64,000 nt of DNA from Geothrix sp. (GTDB taxonomy: Bacteria; Acidobacteriota; Holophagae; Holophagales; Holophagaceae), in the NCBI RefSeq assembly GCF_049292215.1, contig NZ_JBATQW010000070.1, positions 14,597-78,596 on the forward strand, written 5' to 3'. Of the stretch, positions 44,347-52,498 are shown in pieces. The notes below the pieces were generated by a model that saw nothing but the letters and a program-made list of their open reading frames with translations, was not told where the DNA came from and ran no database searches. Within the stretch, counting starts at the first letter, position 1. Each line of letters begins with the position of its first letter. Made by a program: the position numbers and the translations under genes.

Positions 44347-44451
44347 GCCACCGATGAACACCGATAAAAAACGGATAAAGACAGGGACGATCGAAGGCTG
44401 CCCTTCCTCTTCCTCATTCATTTATCGGTGTTCATCGGCGTTAATCGGTGG
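44347..44451. repeat. AT-rich palindromic element built from 10-bp-periodic CACCGAT/ATCGGTG repeats
   Basis: 18-bp perfect inverted repeat CCGATGAACACCGATAAA (44351-44368) / TTTATCGGTGTTCATCGG (44421-44438), separated by 52 nt. The right arm is three tandem 10-mers: ATCGGTGTTC, ATCGGCGTTA, ATCGGTGGTT. The left arm mirrors it (CACCGAT at 44349 and 44359, AACGGAT at 44370). It sits between convergent phoB and phoR. Confidence 0.7.
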
Positions 44452-44531
44452 TTAGAGATTCTTTAGCACTCAGAGCGATTCGAGCGATCCGTCCTGGGCT
44501 CGCCAGATGCTCCATGATGATGAGGATCCTT

Positions 44532-45959
44532 CTATCGCCCTGAACGTGGGTCTTCCTGAGGAGATTCCTGAGCTTCCACCTGGGGCGGGAGGATCACCCG
44601 GAACGTGGCGCCTTCTCCAGGGCGGCTCTCCACCGCCACTTCCCCCCCCATGAGCCGGCAGAGGTGCTTCACGATGGCCAAGCCCAGGCCGGTACCCGGC
44701 TTGGCCTTGGCTGCCTGGGCGCGGTAGAACCGCTCGAAGATCCGGCCCTGCTCCGCCTCGGGGATGCCGGGGCCCTGATCACACACCTCCCAGATCTGCC
44801 CCTGACTGGTGACCCTGACGCTCAGCTCGACCTGCGCCCGGGCTGGACTGAACTTCAGGGCATTCGAGAGGAGGTTCTCCAGCACCTGATGGAGCCGAAG
44901 GGGATCGGCCTGGATCATCGCCTCTTCTGGTGCCTCGACCTTCACCACCAACCCCACATCACAGGCCGCCGCCCGTGGCTGGAAGTCCCGCAGCAGGGTC
45001 TCCAGGAATGCCCCCAGATCCAACGTCACCGGGGCGAGATGAAGGGCGCCGCTCTCGATCCTGCTCAGCTCGGACAGATCCCCCAGCAGCAGCGTGAGCC
45101 GATCCACCGAGCGCATGATGGACTGGGCGCTGGCCCTGGCTGAGTCCGGGAGCGGTTCCTCCTGGAGGTTCTCCGCCGCGATCCGGATGGCGGTGACCGG
45201 TGTTTTCAGCTCATGGCTGACGTTGGAGATGAACTTCTGGCGGGTGGTCTCCAGGGCCTCCTGGCTGGTGACGTCGTCCAGGGTGAGGAGCACGCCGCTC
45301 ACAGGCCCAAGCGGTGCGAAGGGGATGGCCCGGACACGGAGGGTCCGCCCGACCCGGACAATGCGCCACTCACAGGAGATCCCGCGAAAGGCCTTCTGGA
45401 TGGCGTCGGCGCCCTCCTGGTCGCGGAAGACCTCCCCCTGGCGCATGCCCTTGGCCAGGGGTGCCCCCAGGCCCAGGTGCCGCTGGGCAGCAGGGTTGAA
45501 TTGTTCCAGGGCCCCGGCTGGCCCGAACAGAAGGACCCCCTCCTCCAGCCGCGCCATGATGCCCGGTAGCAGCCGATCCTCCCTCGCGGCTCGTTCCTTG
45601 AGGTCGTCGTTTTCGCGCTCCAGCGCGAACCAGGCCCCGGGGAGATCCTCGATGGCCTGGGGGCGGCTACCGCCGAGGATCTGTCCCAGGGGTTCAGCCA
45701 GGGGCCAGACCTGCCAGCGCGCCATGAGCACCAGGACCAGCGCCAGGATGATGAGGAACCCCGCCGTCCATAGAAAGGACGCCCCCTTGTGAACGCTCAA
45801 GCCCAGGCCAAAACCCAGGAAGGTCATGGAAACCATGCAGATCAGCGCACGGCCGAAGAAGACCGGTATTCCGGATCTGTCACCACGCTCAGATTCAGGC
45901 TCATCCATGCCTTCCGACCATACACCGGGGCAGGTTCCGCGCCCAGCGGGGGTGGTCAA
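44532..45959 (-). CDS. phoR: PhoR-like phosphate-sensing histidine kinase (2 TM, PAS, HisKA, HATPase_c)
   Basis: H-box FISNVSHELKTPVTAI; HATPase motifs LLSNALKFSP, DQGPGI, GTGLGLAIVKHL. Convergent with phoB. The TTG start at 45959 is uncertain; an ATG at 45908 (MDEPE...) is an alternative. Confidence 0.8.
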   Translation of the reverse strand: MTTPAGRGTCPGVWSEGMDEPESERGDRSGIPVFFGRALICMVSMTFLGFGLGLSVHKGASFLWTAGFLIILALVLVLMARWQVWPLAEPLGQILGGSRPQAIEDLPGAWFALERENDDLKERAAREDRLLPGIMARLEEGVLLFGPAGALEQFNPAAQRHLGLGAPLAKGMRQGEVFRDQEGADAIQKAFRGISCEWRIVRVGRTLRVRAIPFAPLGPVSGVLLTLDDVTSQEALETTRQKFISNVSHELKTPVTAIRIAAENLQEEPLPDSARASAQSIMRSVDRLTLLLGDLSELSRIESGALHLAPVTLDLGAFLETLLRDFQPRAAACDVGLVVKVEAPEEAMIQADPLRLHQVLENLLSNALKFSPARAQVELSVRVTSQGQIWEVCDQGPGIPEAEQGRIFERFYRAQAAKAKPGTGLGLAIVKHLCRLMGGEVAVESRPGEGATFRVILPPQVEAQESPQEDPRSGR

Positions 45960-46021
45960 ATTTACCCTGCGGTTACACCCTGGGACCCACTACAGTTGAA
46001 GGTTGACTGTTGGAGATCCCC

Positions 46022-46669
46022 ATGTCCTTGAACGCCCTGATGCGCTGGCTCAAACCCCGGGAGATGGTCTTCTTCGACCTCCTCGAATCCGCTGCCGCCA
46101 ATGCCTACCAGGCCTCTCAGCTGTTCGACCTGGAGATCCGCACGGGGGACCCAGTCCGCTTTGCCGAGTTGCGACGGCAGATGAAGGACCTGGAACACAT
46201 CGGCGACGACCTCACCCGCGAGATCATGGACCGGCTGAACCAGACCTTCGTCACCCCCATCGAGCGGGAGGACATCATGGCCCTGGCCCATGCCCTCGAC
46301 GATGTGGTCGATTCGCTCCATGCGGTCTGCGAACGCCTCATCCTCTACCGCATCACCCACATCATGCCGGCCGTCACGGAGATCAGCTCCATCATCGTCG
46401 AGGGCTCCGGCGAAATCCTGCACCTCATCCGGTCTCTGCGGAACATGTCCAACCAGAAGGAGATCCGGGATCGCATCCGGCGGGTCCACACCCTGGAGAA
46501 CAAGGCCGACTCCATCTATCACGCAGCCCTGGCGCAGGTCTTCGAGAACCCCACGGATGCCATCGAACTCATCAAGTGGAAGGAGCTCCTCAACCGCATC
46601 GAGGAGGCGACCGACAGGATCGAGCTCGTCGCCAAGGTGGTGGGCTCCACGGTCATGAAGAACGCCTGA
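46022..46669 (+). CDS. DUF47 (PhoU-like, TIGR00153-type) Pit accessory protein
   Basis: 215 aa from MSLNALMRWLKPREMVFFDLLE. DLEHIGDDLTREIMDRLNQTFVTPIEREDIMALAHALDDVVD matches the DUF47 pattern. Immediately upstream of the Pit transporter, as is usual for this family. Confidence 0.8.
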   Translation: MSLNALMRWLKPREMVFFDLLESAAANAYQASQLFDLEIRTGDPVRFAELRRQMKDLEHIGDDLTREIMDRLNQTFVTPIEREDIMALAHALDDVVDSLHAVCERLILYRITHIMPAVTEISSIIVEGSGEILHLIRSLRNMSNQKEIRDRIRRVHTLENKADSIYHAALAQVFENPTDAIELIKWKELLNRIEEATDRIELVAKVVGSTVMKNA

Positions 46670-46676
46670 GCCCCTG

Positions 46677-47693
46677 ATGATCGAAGCCTTTCTCATCCCC
46701 TCCCTGGCGGTGCTGGTGCTGCTGTCCTGGGGCATCGACTACATCAACGGGTTCCACGACACAGCCAACTCCATCGCCACGGTCGTGAGCACGGGCGTGC
46801 TGCCGGCCAAGTACGCGCTGGTCATGTCCGCAACCTTGAACTTCGCCGGCGCCTTGGCCGGGACCTCCGTCGCCACCACCATCGCCAAGGGCATCGCCGA
46901 CAGCAACCAGGTGGTCCCAGCGGTCATCGCGGCCGCCCTGATGGCGGCCATCACCTGGGACCTCCTCACCTGGTGGTTCGGCATCCCCTCCAGCACCAGC
47001 CACACCCTGCTGGGTGGTCTGGCCGGCGCCGTGGTGGCGCACGCCGGCTTCGATGCGCTGCACATGAAGAAGCTCAAAGAGATCGGAGCCTTCATCATCA
47101 TCTCCCCGGCCATGGGCTTCCTGGTGGGCATGCTCCTCATCCTGATCATCCTGTGGGTCGTGCGACGGAGGTCCGGCCACAAGGTCAACATCGTCTTCCG
47201 GAAGGCGCAGCTGGTCAGCGCCGCGGCCATGTCCTTCACCCACGGCCAGAACGATGCCCAGAAGGCCATGGGGATCATCTGCCTGGCCCTGATCGCCTAC
47301 AAGTTCCATCTGCCCCTGGATGAGAAGCTGAAAGTGATCGTCCCACTCTGGGTGAAGATCGGCAGCGCCACCTTCATGGCCCTGGGCACGGCTTCCGGTG
47401 GCTGGAAGATCATCAAGACCATGGGCTCGAAGATCGTGAAGCTCCGCCCGATCCACGGGTTCGCGGCCGAGACCGCCGCCGCCGCGGTGCTCTTCACCAC
47501 CGCGCACTTCGGCATCCCGGTCAGCACCACGCACAGCATCACGGGCGCCATCATGGGCGTCGGCGCGACCATGAACGCCAGCGCCGTGCGCTGGGGCGTG
47601 GCTGGCAACATCGTGGTGGCCTGGGTTCTGACCATTCCCATTAGCGCGCTCCTGGCCGCCGGGTTCCTCAAGCTGGTGGCGCCCTTCTTCTGA
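46677..47693 (+). CDS. pit: inorganic phosphate transporter (PiT/PHO4 family)
   Basis: 338 aa, polytopic. Duplicated PiT signatures GFHDTANSIATVV and THGQNDAQKAMG, plus IPVSTTHSITGAIMG. Confidence 0.9.
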   Translation: MIEAFLIPSLAVLVLLSWGIDYINGFHDTANSIATVVSTGVLPAKYALVMSATLNFAGALAGTSVATTIAKGIADSNQVVPAVIAAALMAAITWDLLTWWFGIPSSTSHTLLGGLAGAVVAHAGFDALHMKKLKEIGAFIIISPAMGFLVGMLLILIILWVVRRRSGHKVNIVFRKAQLVSAAAMSFTHGQNDAQKAMGIICLALIAYKFHLPLDEKLKVIVPLWVKIGSATFMALGTASGGWKIIKTMGSKIVKLRPIHGFAAETAAAAVLFTTAHFGIPVSTTHSITGAIMGVGATMNASAVRWGVAGNIVVAWVLTIPISALLAAGFLKLVAPFF

Positions 47694-47880
47694 TTAGATG
47701 TTCCCGAGAAGTGACGGGCTGGACAATTTCTCGCAACACCTCAGCCCGACACTTGCCTTCCCTACTCTGCGGATGCCCGTCACCGCTTGGTTTCACCGTA
47801 TTTCCGCGATGTTGGCGCCGCCGCCATGCAGCCGTCACCGCCAAGGCCGACCCTGGTTCAGAACCCAGGGAGGCACGACC

Positions 47881-48417
47881 ATGACGATCGAGACCCTCAC
47901 CCCTCATCCGGAAGGTGCGCGCTACAGCGTCCGCTCGCTGGGCAGCTCGGACTATGTCCACCTCCGCCGCCTGGAGACCGAGATCTGGTCCGGCGATGGC
48001 GCCGGCGAGCTCTGCCCCCACTACCTGCGACTCTGCACGGAGTTGTACCGGGACTGGTGCTTCCTGGCCTTTGACGGCGAGCGCCCCGTGGGCTACGTGC
48101 TGAACTTCGTGGCCGGCACCACGGTCTACTGCGCCACCCTGGCCGTGCATCCCGAGTACCAGAAGGGCCGGGTCAACTACCTGCTCATCCGCGCCACGGT
48201 CTCCAAGCTCCTCAACGAGAACGTCGAGGAATGCCGCTTCCTGGTCGAGCCCGGGAACGACGACGCCCGCAGCGTGCACAACGCCCTCGGGGCCCGCGTG
48301 GTGGAGGAGGTCAAGGACTTCTATGGCCCCGGCGACACGCGCCTCTGGTCCGCCATCACCCGGAAGGACCTCGAGCGGGTGCGAGCCCGTTACACCCGTC
48401 TAAAGCTGGTCAGCTAG
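47881..48417 (+). CDS. GNAT family N-acyl/acetyltransferase
   Basis: 178 aa from MTIETLTPH (SD GGGAGG upstream). GNAT motif A region LAVHPEYQKGRVNYLLI. Substrate not assignable. The track ORF N-terminal extension (from 47698) is Arg/Pro/Trp-rich and unlikely. Confidence 0.7.
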   Translation: MTIETLTPHPEGARYSVRSLGSSDYVHLRRLETEIWSGDGAGELCPHYLRLCTELYRDWCFLAFDGERPVGYVLNFVAGTTVYCATLAVHPEYQKGRVNYLLIRATVSKLLNENVEECRFLVEPGNDDARSVHNALGARVVEEVKDFYGPGDTRLWSAITRKDLERVRARYTRLKLVS

Positions 48418-48426
48418 GAGCCCCGG

Positions 48427-49107
48427 ATGAGCTGGACCGGCGTCCTCTGGCCCACCTTCGCCCTCCTGCCACGCCTCGCGGCTGGCGCGGAACCCCAGTC
48501 CGGCATGCACCGCTGGGCCCGGCGCTTGGTGCCAGCCCTCGGGGTCGAGCTGGAAGTCATCGGCCACCCGAGGCCTGACATCCAGCTCTGGGTATCGAAC
48601 CACCTCAGCTGGGTGGATCCGGTGCTCCTCATGAGCCTGCGCCCCATGGGCACCATCGCCAAGGGGGAGGTCGCCTGTTATCCCCTCATCGGTCGCTGGG
48701 CGCAGAAGTCCGGCATCCACTTCGTGGACCGGGCGGACGCCACCAGTCGCGCCGCCGCCCTCGCCAGCTTCACCGCCTCGCTCCACGGTGGGCGGGACAT
48801 GCTGCTGTTCCCGGAAGGCACCACCACCCGCGGCGATCGCCTGGCCGGCTTCTACGAGGGCGGCCTGCGCGCAGCCTTCGACCTGGGCCTTCCGGCCCAA
48901 CCGCTGCGGATCTCCAGTCCCGCGCCGCACTATCCCTGGACCGGCAACGAAACGCTCCTGCCCCATCTGCGGACCCTTTTCGGTAATCACACGCACGTCA
49001 CGGTCACCGCCGAGGAGACGCTCTACCCGGCCGACTTCTGCGATCCCGCTTCCTGGATCGCCGCATTCAGAGCTGCCCTCGTCCCCCGGAGCACCGATGT
49101 CCGCTGA
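48427..49107 (+). CDS. PlsC-family (lysophospholipid/1-acylglycerol-3-phosphate) acyltransferase
   Basis: 226 aa. H(x4)D motif NHLSWVDP and the FPEGTTTRG block. Confidence 0.8.
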   Translation: MSWTGVLWPTFALLPRLAAGAEPQSGMHRWARRLVPALGVELEVIGHPRPDIQLWVSNHLSWVDPVLLMSLRPMGTIAKGEVACYPLIGRWAQKSGIHFVDRADATSRAAALASFTASLHGGRDMLLFPEGTTTRGDRLAGFYEGGLRAAFDLGLPAQPLRISSPAPHYPWTGNETLLPHLRTLFGNHTHVTVTAEETLYPADFCDPASWIAAFRAALVPRSTDVR

Positions 49108-50035
49108 AGTCCTCATGCAAGGCCTCCGCACGGGGCTGACGCCCTTCCTCGGGCTGCCGCTGTGCATCGACCCCCGTCCAGCCGCAGGCGTGGTGCTGGG
49201 CGTGCCCTGCGATGCAGGCGTCATCAACCGACCCGGCGCGCGGCTCGGCCCCTGGGCCATGCGGGCCGCCTCCATGGGGATGGGCTCCCATCCCATGCCC
49301 GAGCGGCTCCGGGAAGGGTGCCCCGAGCTCGGCCCTGCGGCCGCTGCCGGCTGGCTCGACGGCGGCAACATCCCCACCCTGCCCTTCTCTCTGCGGGAAG
49401 CCCTCGAGACGGTGCAGGCCACCGTGGGTGCCTGGGCCATGACCGGCTGCCGCACCCTGCTGCTCGGCGGCGACCACTCCCTCACCCTCGGCGCCCTGCG
49501 CGCCCTAGCCCGCCAGCATGGCCCCCTGGGTCTCCTCCACGTGGACGCCCACCCCGACGCGGCGGACGGCGCGGCCTGGGGCACGGACATCCACCACGGC
49601 ACCTGGCTGCGGCAGGCCATCGAAGAGGACCTGCTGGATCCCGAACGCGTGATGCAGGCGGGCCTCCGGGCGCCCCGCTTCGACGACGAGGAACTGTCCT
49701 TCCTGCAGGGCCTCGGCGTGCGCATGTGGACGCCGGCGGACCTGCGCGACCCCCTGCTGTCGCTCCGCCTGAGGGAGGACCTGGCCACCGTGGGCCAGGG
49801 ACCCGCCTACCTTAGCCTGGACCTGGACGCCCTCGACCCCATCCTCGTTCCCGCCGTGGCCGAGCCCGTGCCGGGGGGCCTGAGCCTGGCCGAGACCCTG
49901 CGCCTCATCCACGCCGCCCGGCAGTGGCCCGAACCCTGGGTGGGTGCCGACCTCATGGAACTCGCTCCCACCCTGGACGGCGCCGAGGCCAGCGCCCGGG
50001 TCGCCGTCCACCTCGCCCTCCACCTGCTTGCCTGA
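49097..50035 (+). CDS. ureohydrolase (arginase/agmatinase family; agmatinase-like)
   Basis: 312 aa from MSAEVLMQGL. Mn-site motifs GGDHS, HVDAHPD, SLDLDALDP. N-terminal FLGLP as in agmatinases. Overlaps the acyltransferase gene by 11 nt. Confidence 0.8.
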   Translation: MSAEVLMQGLRTGLTPFLGLPLCIDPRPAAGVVLGVPCDAGVINRPGARLGPWAMRAASMGMGSHPMPERLREGCPELGPAAAAGWLDGGNIPTLPFSLREALETVQATVGAWAMTGCRTLLLGGDHSLTLGALRALARQHGPLGLLHVDAHPDAADGAAWGTDIHHGTWLRQAIEEDLLDPERVMQAGLRAPRFDDEELSFLQGLGVRMWTPADLRDPLLSLRLREDLATVGQGPAYLSLDLDALDPILVPAVAEPVPGGLSLAETLRLIHAARQWPEPWVGADLMELAPTLDGAEASARVAVHLALHLLA

Positions 50036-50042
50036 GGTTGCC

Positions 50043-50534
50043 ATGACCAGCCTGAACGCCTTCCGCAAGACCCACGGCGAGCCCACCTGGGACGACATGG
50101 TCACCGGCCACGATTTCGGGTTCCTGGACCAGGCCGAGATCCAGGCCTGGGTGCCCGAGGGGGGTCCTGCCAGCCTCCGGCTGCGCGAGCTGGCCGGTGA
50201 GGGCCTCAAGACCTTCGAGGCCAACCTCTGGGCCGCCTGCGTCGAGGCTGTGGGGAAGACTCCCAGGCCCGGCAGCTCCCGCTGGTCCCAGGCCCAGGAT
50301 CGTTGGCGCGAGGCCCTCCTGCGGGAAGCCCTGGCCACCGAGAGCACCGCGGCCCAGCTGGCCGCGCGGGTCGAGCGGCTCTACGAACAGGTGGGCTGCC
50401 CCGAGGACATGCTGGGCATGCTGAGACCGTCCCAGGCCTGGTCGGGCACGCCGGCCACGGTGGATCCCACGGCCGTCCAGCGCTTCCTGGAACGCTCGCG
50501 CATCGGAAGCCGGCGCTTCGGGGCGGCATCCTAG
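50043..50534 (+). CDS. hypothetical cytoplasmic protein (163 aa), no family recognised
   Basis: ATG 7 nt after the ureohydrolase stop. Coding-like G/C-ending codon usage, Trp-rich helical-looking sequence (MTSLNAFRKTHGEPTWDDMV...). No motif I can name. Confidence 0.55.
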   Translation: MTSLNAFRKTHGEPTWDDMVTGHDFGFLDQAEIQAWVPEGGPASLRLRELAGEGLKTFEANLWAACVEAVGKTPRPGSSRWSQAQDRWREALLREALATESTAAQLAARVERLYEQVGCPEDMLGMLRPSQAWSGTPATVDPTAVQRFLERSRIGSRRFGAAS

Positions 50535-50569
50535 GGCCTGTGGCACTCTGGAGGACCTCCGGAGCGCCC

Positions 50570-52498
50570 ATGGCCTTGTCAGACCCCAGGTTGGACAGCC
50601 TGCTCAGCGGCAACGGGCCCAAGCTGGAGCCGCTGCTCCGCTGGGTGCTGGGGGCTTCTCCGGTGGCGTCCGTGGATGGGGAGGCCCGACGCACCAGTCG
50701 CCTGAGGCGGCTGCAGGAGGCCTTGGCCGAGCGGGGACTGGCCGCCGCCCTGGCCGAGGAGTGGAACCATGCCTCGGCCATCCGGCTCCTGGCCGAGACG
50801 GGCCTGCCAGACCGGACCTCCCTGGTGGGCGAAGGCTTCCTCCGGCTGGTGGATCGGCTCATTCCCCGGCTCGATGCCGAAGGCGACCTCTACGCCCTGC
50901 TGGACCGGCTGGATCTGGATGAGGCCGATGCGGCCTGGATCGAAGGTCTGCCCGGGGACCTGCGGACCGCCTGGGGGGCCCTGCTGAACCCGCCCCAGGA
51001 GATCTGGGTGCATGCGGCGCGGCTGCTCGCCCACCGGGCCGCCGCCGTGGGGCTCTCCCGGGACCTGCTCAGCCTGGATCCGGCCGGCAGTGATGCGGAT
51101 TCCCCCTTCTTCAACCTGTCCCGTGCCGTGAGGGAGCGGGGCGAGCGGCCCCAGGATCCCGAAGCCCGGCTGGCCTGGGAGCACTGCCGCGCCGAGTGCG
51201 CCCGGGCCCTGGACCAGGCCCACGACCGGATCGAGGAGAAGGGGGTCTCCACCGACCTCGTCTTCCGCCTCGAACTGCTGGAGGCGCAGCTCGAGCGCAT
51301 CGCCCAGCTGCTGGCCTTCGTGTCGGGTGATGGCGACGGGACCGCCTTCACCGCGGAGCTGGTGCGCGGCAGTGCCTCCCAGCACGGCTTCATGACCCTG
51401 CTCCGCACCACCGTCAAGCGCCTCACCCGGAAAGTGGTCGAACACACCGGAGAGACGGGCGAGCACTACATTGCCCGGGACCGCCGCGAGTGGCGGGCCA
51501 TGGGCTGGTCCGCCGCCGGGGGTGGCGTCCTCACGGCCGGCACGGCCCTGTTCAAGTACGGCCTCTCGGCCCTACCCCTGGCGCCCCTGCTGCTGGGCCT
51601 CTCCCTCGCCTTCAACTACGCGGGGAGCTTCTTCCTGATGCAGCTGCTGGGCTTCAGCCTAGCCTCCAAGCAGCCCGCCATGACGGCCGCGGCCCTCGCC
51701 AGGGCGCTGGAATCCGACGCCGACCAGACGCGCGAGATCGAACTCGTCGCGGCCATCACGCGCACCCAGGTCATCGCCACCCTGGGCAATGTCTTCGCCG
51801 CCATCCCGGCCGCCCTGGGCATCGCCGCCCTGTGGATCGGAATCAGTGGACACGGCCCCCTCGGCCCGGACACCGCCCTGCACAGCCTCCATGGCAACCA
51901 CCCCTTCCATGGCTGGACGCTGGTCTTCGCCGCGGCCACGGGCGTGCTGCTCTGGCTGTCCAGCCTGGCCTCCGGCTGGGCCGCCAACTGGAGCGCCTAC
52001 CGCCGGCTACCGGAGGCCCTGGCCCAGAGCCACCGGATCCGGGCCCTCCTTGGCACCGACCGCGCCACCGCCCTGGGCCGCTTCGTCCACCGCCACATCT
52101 CCGGCTTCGTCGGCTATGCCGTCCTCGGTGGCCTGCTGGTCTTCGTGCCCATGGCCTTCGCCTTCGCCGGAATCCACCTGGAAGTGCGCCATGTGACCCT
52201 CCAGTCCGCGGCCCTGGCCCTGGCCTCTGCGAGCCTCTGGGCCCAGGGGACCTTGCCCTGGGGGGAGGTGCTCTGGGGCCTCCTGGGCGTCGCCCTCATC
52301 GGCGCCCTAAACTTCGCTGTGTCCTTCGCCCTGGCCCTCTGGACCGCCCTGCGCGCCCGGGGGCTCAGCGGCCGCGCCAGCCGTCACCTCTGGTGGAACA
52401 TCCTCCGGGCCTTCAACCGCCAGCCCGGGCGGTTCCTCCTGCCCCCGGCCACCAGTGCTAATCTCGACTTCCCCCACCCAGGAGACCCCCATGCGTAA
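50570..52498 (+). CDS. large polytopic membrane protein, resembles the family annotated 'site-specific recombinase' (PF10136-type); true function unknown
   Basis: 642 aa. A ~380-aa helical soluble N-domain, then about 6-8 TM helices. LLAETGLPDRTSLVGEGFLRLVDRLIPRLDAEGDLYALLDRLDLDEADAAWIEGLP matches my recollection of that family's conserved N-terminal block. Needs HMM confirmation. Confidence 0.5.
   Translation: MALSDPRLDSLLSGNGPKLEPLLRWVLGASPVASVDGEARRTSRLRRLQEALAERGLAAALAEEWNHASAIRLLAETGLPDRTSLVGEGFLRLVDRLIPRLDAEGDLYALLDRLDLDEADAAWIEGLPGDLRTAWGALLNPPQEIWVHAARLLAHRAAAVGLSRDLLSLDPAGSDADSPFFNLSRAVRERGERPQDPEARLAWEHCRAECARALDQAHDRIEEKGVSTDLVFRLELLEAQLERIAQLLAFVSGDGDGTAFTAELVRGSASQHGFMTLLRTTVKRLTRKVVEHTGETGEHYIARDRREWRAMGWSAAGGGVLTAGTALFKYGLSALPLAPLLLGLSLAFNYAGSFFLMQLLGFSLASKQPAMTAAALARALESDADQTREIELVAAITRTQVIATLGNVFAAIPAALGIAALWIGISGHGPLGPDTALHSLHGNHPFHGWTLVFAAATGVLLWLSSLASGWAANWSAYRRLPEALAQSHRIRALLGTDRATALGRFVHRHISGFVGYAVLGGLLVFVPMAFAFAGIHLEVRHVTLQSAALALASASLWAQGTLPWGEVLWGLLGVALIGALNFAVSFALALWTALRARGLSGRASRHLWWNILRAFNRQPGRFLLPPATSANLDFPHPGDPHA

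Noticed and set aside
44356-44459. Mini-ORFs inside the phoB/phoR palindrome: plus strand MNTDKKRIKTGTIEGCPSSSSFIYRCSSALIGG, and a 39-codon minus-strand ORF starting MNEEEEGQPSIVPVFIRF.
   Set aside because: Both start codons arise from the same inverted-repeat arm (ATGAACACCGATAAA on either strand). There is no SD, codon usage is unlike the genome, and the ORFs run into antisense of flanking genes. They are most likely by-products of the palindrome.
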